Origin: Minisyncoccota bacterium
Lineage (GTDB): Bacteria; Patescibacteriota; Minisyncoccia; Phycocordibacterales; UBA9973
DNA length: 64,000 nucleotides
Direction: 5' to 3'
NCBI GenBank assembly: GCA_039915165.1
Contig: JBDSNU010000007.1
Location: 113,812 to 177,811, forward strand
Of this stretch, positions 61,356 through 64,000 are shown one piece after another. Numbering within the stretch: the stretch's first letter is position 1; every line of letters begins with the position of its first letter. The notes under the pieces were generated by a model, which searched no databases, was not told the DNA's origin, and saw only the letters and a program-made list of their open reading frames with translations. Position numbers and translations under genes: made by a program.

Positions 61356-62618
61356 TTATTGCACTTCTCCCAAATAAGGTAACGGTAGACCGTAGACATA
61401 TTTATCAGTAGTGTGGCGAAGCATGCTTTTCTGTAAGCGGTCCTTATTGGATGGCATCGTAGAGAGTACACTCAGACTATTTTGTCCAAACTTTTTGCGT
61501 ATAGCATCAACAGTGTGCATTAACCTCCCTTCCTCGGTAGTGTTTTTTTGCTCACCAAAAAGATCTTCTTGAATATGGATGTCTTTGCGCAACCCCCAGA
61601 CAGTAATTCCAGTAGCTTTGTATCGAATACCTTTTCGTAATAACAATATAACTTGTTCTCGAACAATCGCTGTTATATCTAATACGTTGTTGGTATAACG
61701 TGGCAAAGGAATCGCTATACCCGAATATTTACGGTCAGTGGTTTTAACATAAATACTAAGACCGTTGGTAAATAATCCTTGCTTGCGCATACGAGTAAAT
61801 ACCACATCAGCATTGTGCAGTAATTCGGCGGCGATATATGAGGGGTCTATTGAGGCTGGCATAAATGACCGTGTTGCCTGCAGCGACTTGGACTGAGAAC
61901 GATCATTAGAAACATCAAAACGGTTATGGCCCTTCATTTCATGCCATAATTCTTGAACAGGTGCATTAAAGGTTTCCATAACGCGCTGCTCTGGCCACTG
62001 GGTAAATTCATATGCGGTAGCTACTCGTAATGTTTGGAAGCGTCGAGATAGTCGCCAACCAATACCCCAGACAGACTCTATGCTGGTTTTTTGCAGTACT
62101 TCTTTTTCATCATCAATAGTGACTACTGTGGCGCCATCGGGTTTTTGATATTTTGAAGCCAACTTTGCCAATACTTTTGTGCGAGCCATGCCGAAAGAAT
62201 ACGTTAATCCAATCTGTAATTGGATTTTTTTCTTCAATGCAATAACCCACCCATACACTTGATCTTTGGACCATGCTTCTGGCAAACGTACTAGTGCAAA
62301 ACATTCATCAATGCTGTATTTTTCTAACACTGCAACTTCTGCATCCAGCAATGTACAAAGTTTAAGTGCATAATGGTCATACAATTCGAAATGAGAAGTT
62401 AAGATCGCCACTTGGGGAAATTGTTCTTTAATTTTGAACATAGGCATGCCACGAGTAATACCTAGGCGCTTCGCTTCATATGTCATAGCCATTGCAATGC
62501 CACGCTCTTCACCAACTACTACAGGTTTGCCGTGCAAATGAGGAAAGCGCGCGATTTCACAATATGCAAAAAAGCCGTCGCCATCGATATGAAGTATCCA
62601 TTCTTTTTTCTTAAGCAT
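61356..62618 (-). CDS. umuC: Y-family DNA polymerase (UmuC/DinB-like)
   Basis: HIDGDGFFA, YEAKRLG, YSIDE, LAKLAS..KPDG, VWGIG. Confidence 0.88.
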   Translation of the reverse strand: MLKKKEWILHIDGDGFFAYCEIARFPHLHGKPVVVGEERGIAMAMTYEAKRLGITRGMPMFKIKEQFPQVAILTSHFELYDHYALKLCTLLDAEVAVLEKYSIDECFALVRLPEAWSKDQVYGWVIALKKKIQLQIGLTYSFGMARTKVLAKLASKYQKPDGATVVTIDDEKEVLQKTSIESVWGIGWRLSRRFQTLRVATAYEFTQWPEQRVMETFNAPVQELWHEMKGHNRFDVSNDRSQSKSLQATRSFMPASIDPSYIAAELLHNADVVFTRMRKQGLFTNGLSIYVKTTDRKYSGIAIPLPRYTNNVLDITAIVREQVILLLRKGIRYKATGITVWGLRKDIHIQEDLFGEQKNTTEEGRLMHTVDAIRKKFGQNSLSVLSTMPSNKDRLQKSMLRHTTDKYVYGLPLPYLGEVQ

Positions 62619-62916
62619 ACTTTCTCACCACTGCTTTCACTACAGCAGTAATACTATAAGAAGTTTTGGCTTGAATAGTATCAAAGTATTTCATTTTCCA
62701 GACACCATCGATTGCAGCAATAACAATGTCACCGCGCTTAGCTTCTACTGCTCTCTCAACAATAACAAAATCTCCTTCACAGATCCCTGCTTCTTGCATC
62801 GCATTGCCACTAACACGCAACATAAATGATGCTTCCCTGTTATCGATCAAATACGCATCCAGAGTGGTGCGGTCTAAAAGATTTTCTTCAGCTGGTGTGG
62901 GAAATGAGTTTTTCAC
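62611..62916 (-). CDS. umuD: UmuD/LexA S24-like protein, truncated at the cleavage site
   Basis: FPTPAEE, FMLRVSGNAM..AGI.EGD, GDIVIA.IDG...K; overlaps umuC start. Confidence 0.78.
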   Translation of the reverse strand: MKNSFPTPAEENLLDRTTLDAYLIDNREASFMLRVSGNAMQEAGICEGDFVIVERAVEAKRGDIVIAAIDGVWKMKYFDTIQAKTSYSITAVVKAVVRKYA

Positions 62917-62922
62917 CTGTTC

Positions 62923-62951
62923 AGTATACTGAACGATCGTTCACTACTCAA
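62923..62951 (-). promoter_or_regulatory. umuDC promoter with GAAC-N4-GTTC operator in the spacer
   Basis: TTGAGT-17-TATACT, 6 nt to GTG; TGAACGATCGTTCA at 62930-62943. Confidence 0.7.
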
Positions 62952-63192
62952 TACCCTATTTATTTACGACACACAATTACCAGAGCGATAGTATCTATTA
63001 TTTTTTGATAGTGGTATTTTATATATAGGAATATTTTTTCTTCTCAATTCTTTCTTGACCGGAAGGTTCGGGTAACACGTATTGTTTACAATATGGACTA
63101 AGCGAACCCTAAACCACTATGACAGTTTCTTAGAATTCTTATCTCCCAGTACGACGTCTCCGCAAGGAGGCTTTTTGCATTCTTTTTTTTAT

Positions 63193-63828
63193 TTAATATC
63201 CTTCTGGAAATGCGAATGTTGCAGGAATAGTTTTTGGTAATTGATCAGGAGTACCATAGAACAAAAATAGTTCTTGGTGAGCAGCAAGTACAAACTCACG
63301 AAGATCACCTTGATACAAAGTTCCGTTTACATATAGCTGCAGTACTTTACTATTACCAACAGCGTAGTTACCAATACTAGTAGTAGTAAATTTCAATCCC
63401 CAAATATCGAAAAATTGCCCGAGGGTAAATGTTTGTACTATTGGTGACTCAACGTGAACAATGCCACTAGTATCGTGAACATGGATGGTCGCAATAAACT
63501 GATCAGCTTGATCTATACCAATGTGAGTAGGTACTGGGACCACTTGGCCATCTATCAACATATCTAGATGTTGGTGAATGTGCAGCGCTGTTCCTTCTGC
63601 TGTTAATGCTGGTAGACCAATTGCTGACAAACGCTGCTTCAAGTGGTTGAATTCAGCGGGCCATGGCGCACTTCCTGTTTCAATACCAGGAAGTTGTGTA
63701 GCATCAGTAACTGGTGCTATTGCTTTATGAGCATTACTATATGCCCAAACAATAAGTCCGATAATAACGATTGCTATGCCAGTAAATATATACCATCCTG
63801 AGGTTTTATTGGTTGTTTTTTCATTCAT
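63193..63828 (-). CDS. Membrane-anchored His-rich putative metal-binding protein
   Basis: N-terminal TM; HIHQHL, IHVHD..GIVHVES, TLGQFFDIWG. Confidence 0.7.
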   Translation of the reverse strand: MNEKTTNKTSGWYIFTGIAIVIIGLIVWAYSNAHKAIAPVTDATQLPGIETGSAPWPAEFNHLKQRLSAIGLPALTAEGTALHIHQHLDMLIDGQVVPVPTHIGIDQADQFIATIHVHDTSGIVHVESPIVQTFTLGQFFDIWGLKFTTTSIGNYAVGNSKVLQLYVNGTLYQGDLREFVLAAHQELFLFYGTPDQLPKTIPATFAFPEGY

Positions 63829-63864
63829 ATTAAAATTATACCAAATGACGTATACTATCCCTAT

Positions 63865-64000
63865 ATGAATATGATGATCATCGAGTACGTAATTGCGCTT
63901 ATTAGTTCAATAGCACTGGACGGCTTATGGCTGGGAGTGATCTCAAAATCTTGGTACAACAAATATATAGGCGACCTCATGCTTGAAAAACCTCACCTTA
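63865..64000 (+). CDS. DUF2177-like membrane protein (partial)
   Basis: LDGLWLGVISKSWYNKYIGDLM. Confidence 0.6.
   Translation, partial: MNMMIIEYVIALISSIALDGLWLGVISKSWYNKYIGDLMLEKPHL

Noticed and set aside
63050-63180. SRP RNA or other ncRNA (GACCGGAAGGTT)
   Set aside because: Lacks the CAGG..AGCA internal loop of SRP helix 8; only weak hairpins
61325-63180. ACGTC..CAAGGAGGCT..TTTT similarity flanking umuDC as mobile-element ends
   Set aside because: Short and imperfect, and explainable as terminator arms

Overview
AT-rich bacterial chromosome segment with hallmarks of Patescibacteria/CPR (Parcubacteria-like): a short IF2, a tandem array of VirB2/TrbC-like pilins, very short or absent 5' leaders, and standard code 11. 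Core genes are engB, gltX, rlmB, clpB, an iscS-like gene, infB, rbfA, gyrA, rpsA, pth, lepB, hisS, def, fmt, hpf and pyk, plus six tRNAs (Tyr, Cys, Leu x2, Lys, Asn). Accessory content includes an HpaII-family R-M pair beside a ClpP-like gene, a surface-anchored LCAT-type lipase, a G1 peptidase, an SPFH pair, a decayed island at tRNA-Asn, several Bacteroidota-like genes (including a PagL-like acyloxyacyl hydrolase), two GT4s and a umuDC-like operon. The four most notable observations are: (1) long hairpins at two different tRNA 3' ends that mirror each tRNA's own acceptor strand and share a 17-nt flanking motif; (2) three att-like 27-bp repeats that resemble the tRNA-Asn 3' end and read as LRTLDDVR on the other strand; (3) an island apparently collapsed by abrupt deletions (tnpA-ABC fusion, gutted terminase, fused methylase); (4) a UmuD that starts at the cleavage site and lacks the catalytic Ser, under a promoter carrying a GAAC-N4-GTTC box. 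All calls come from motif reading only; no database searches were run.
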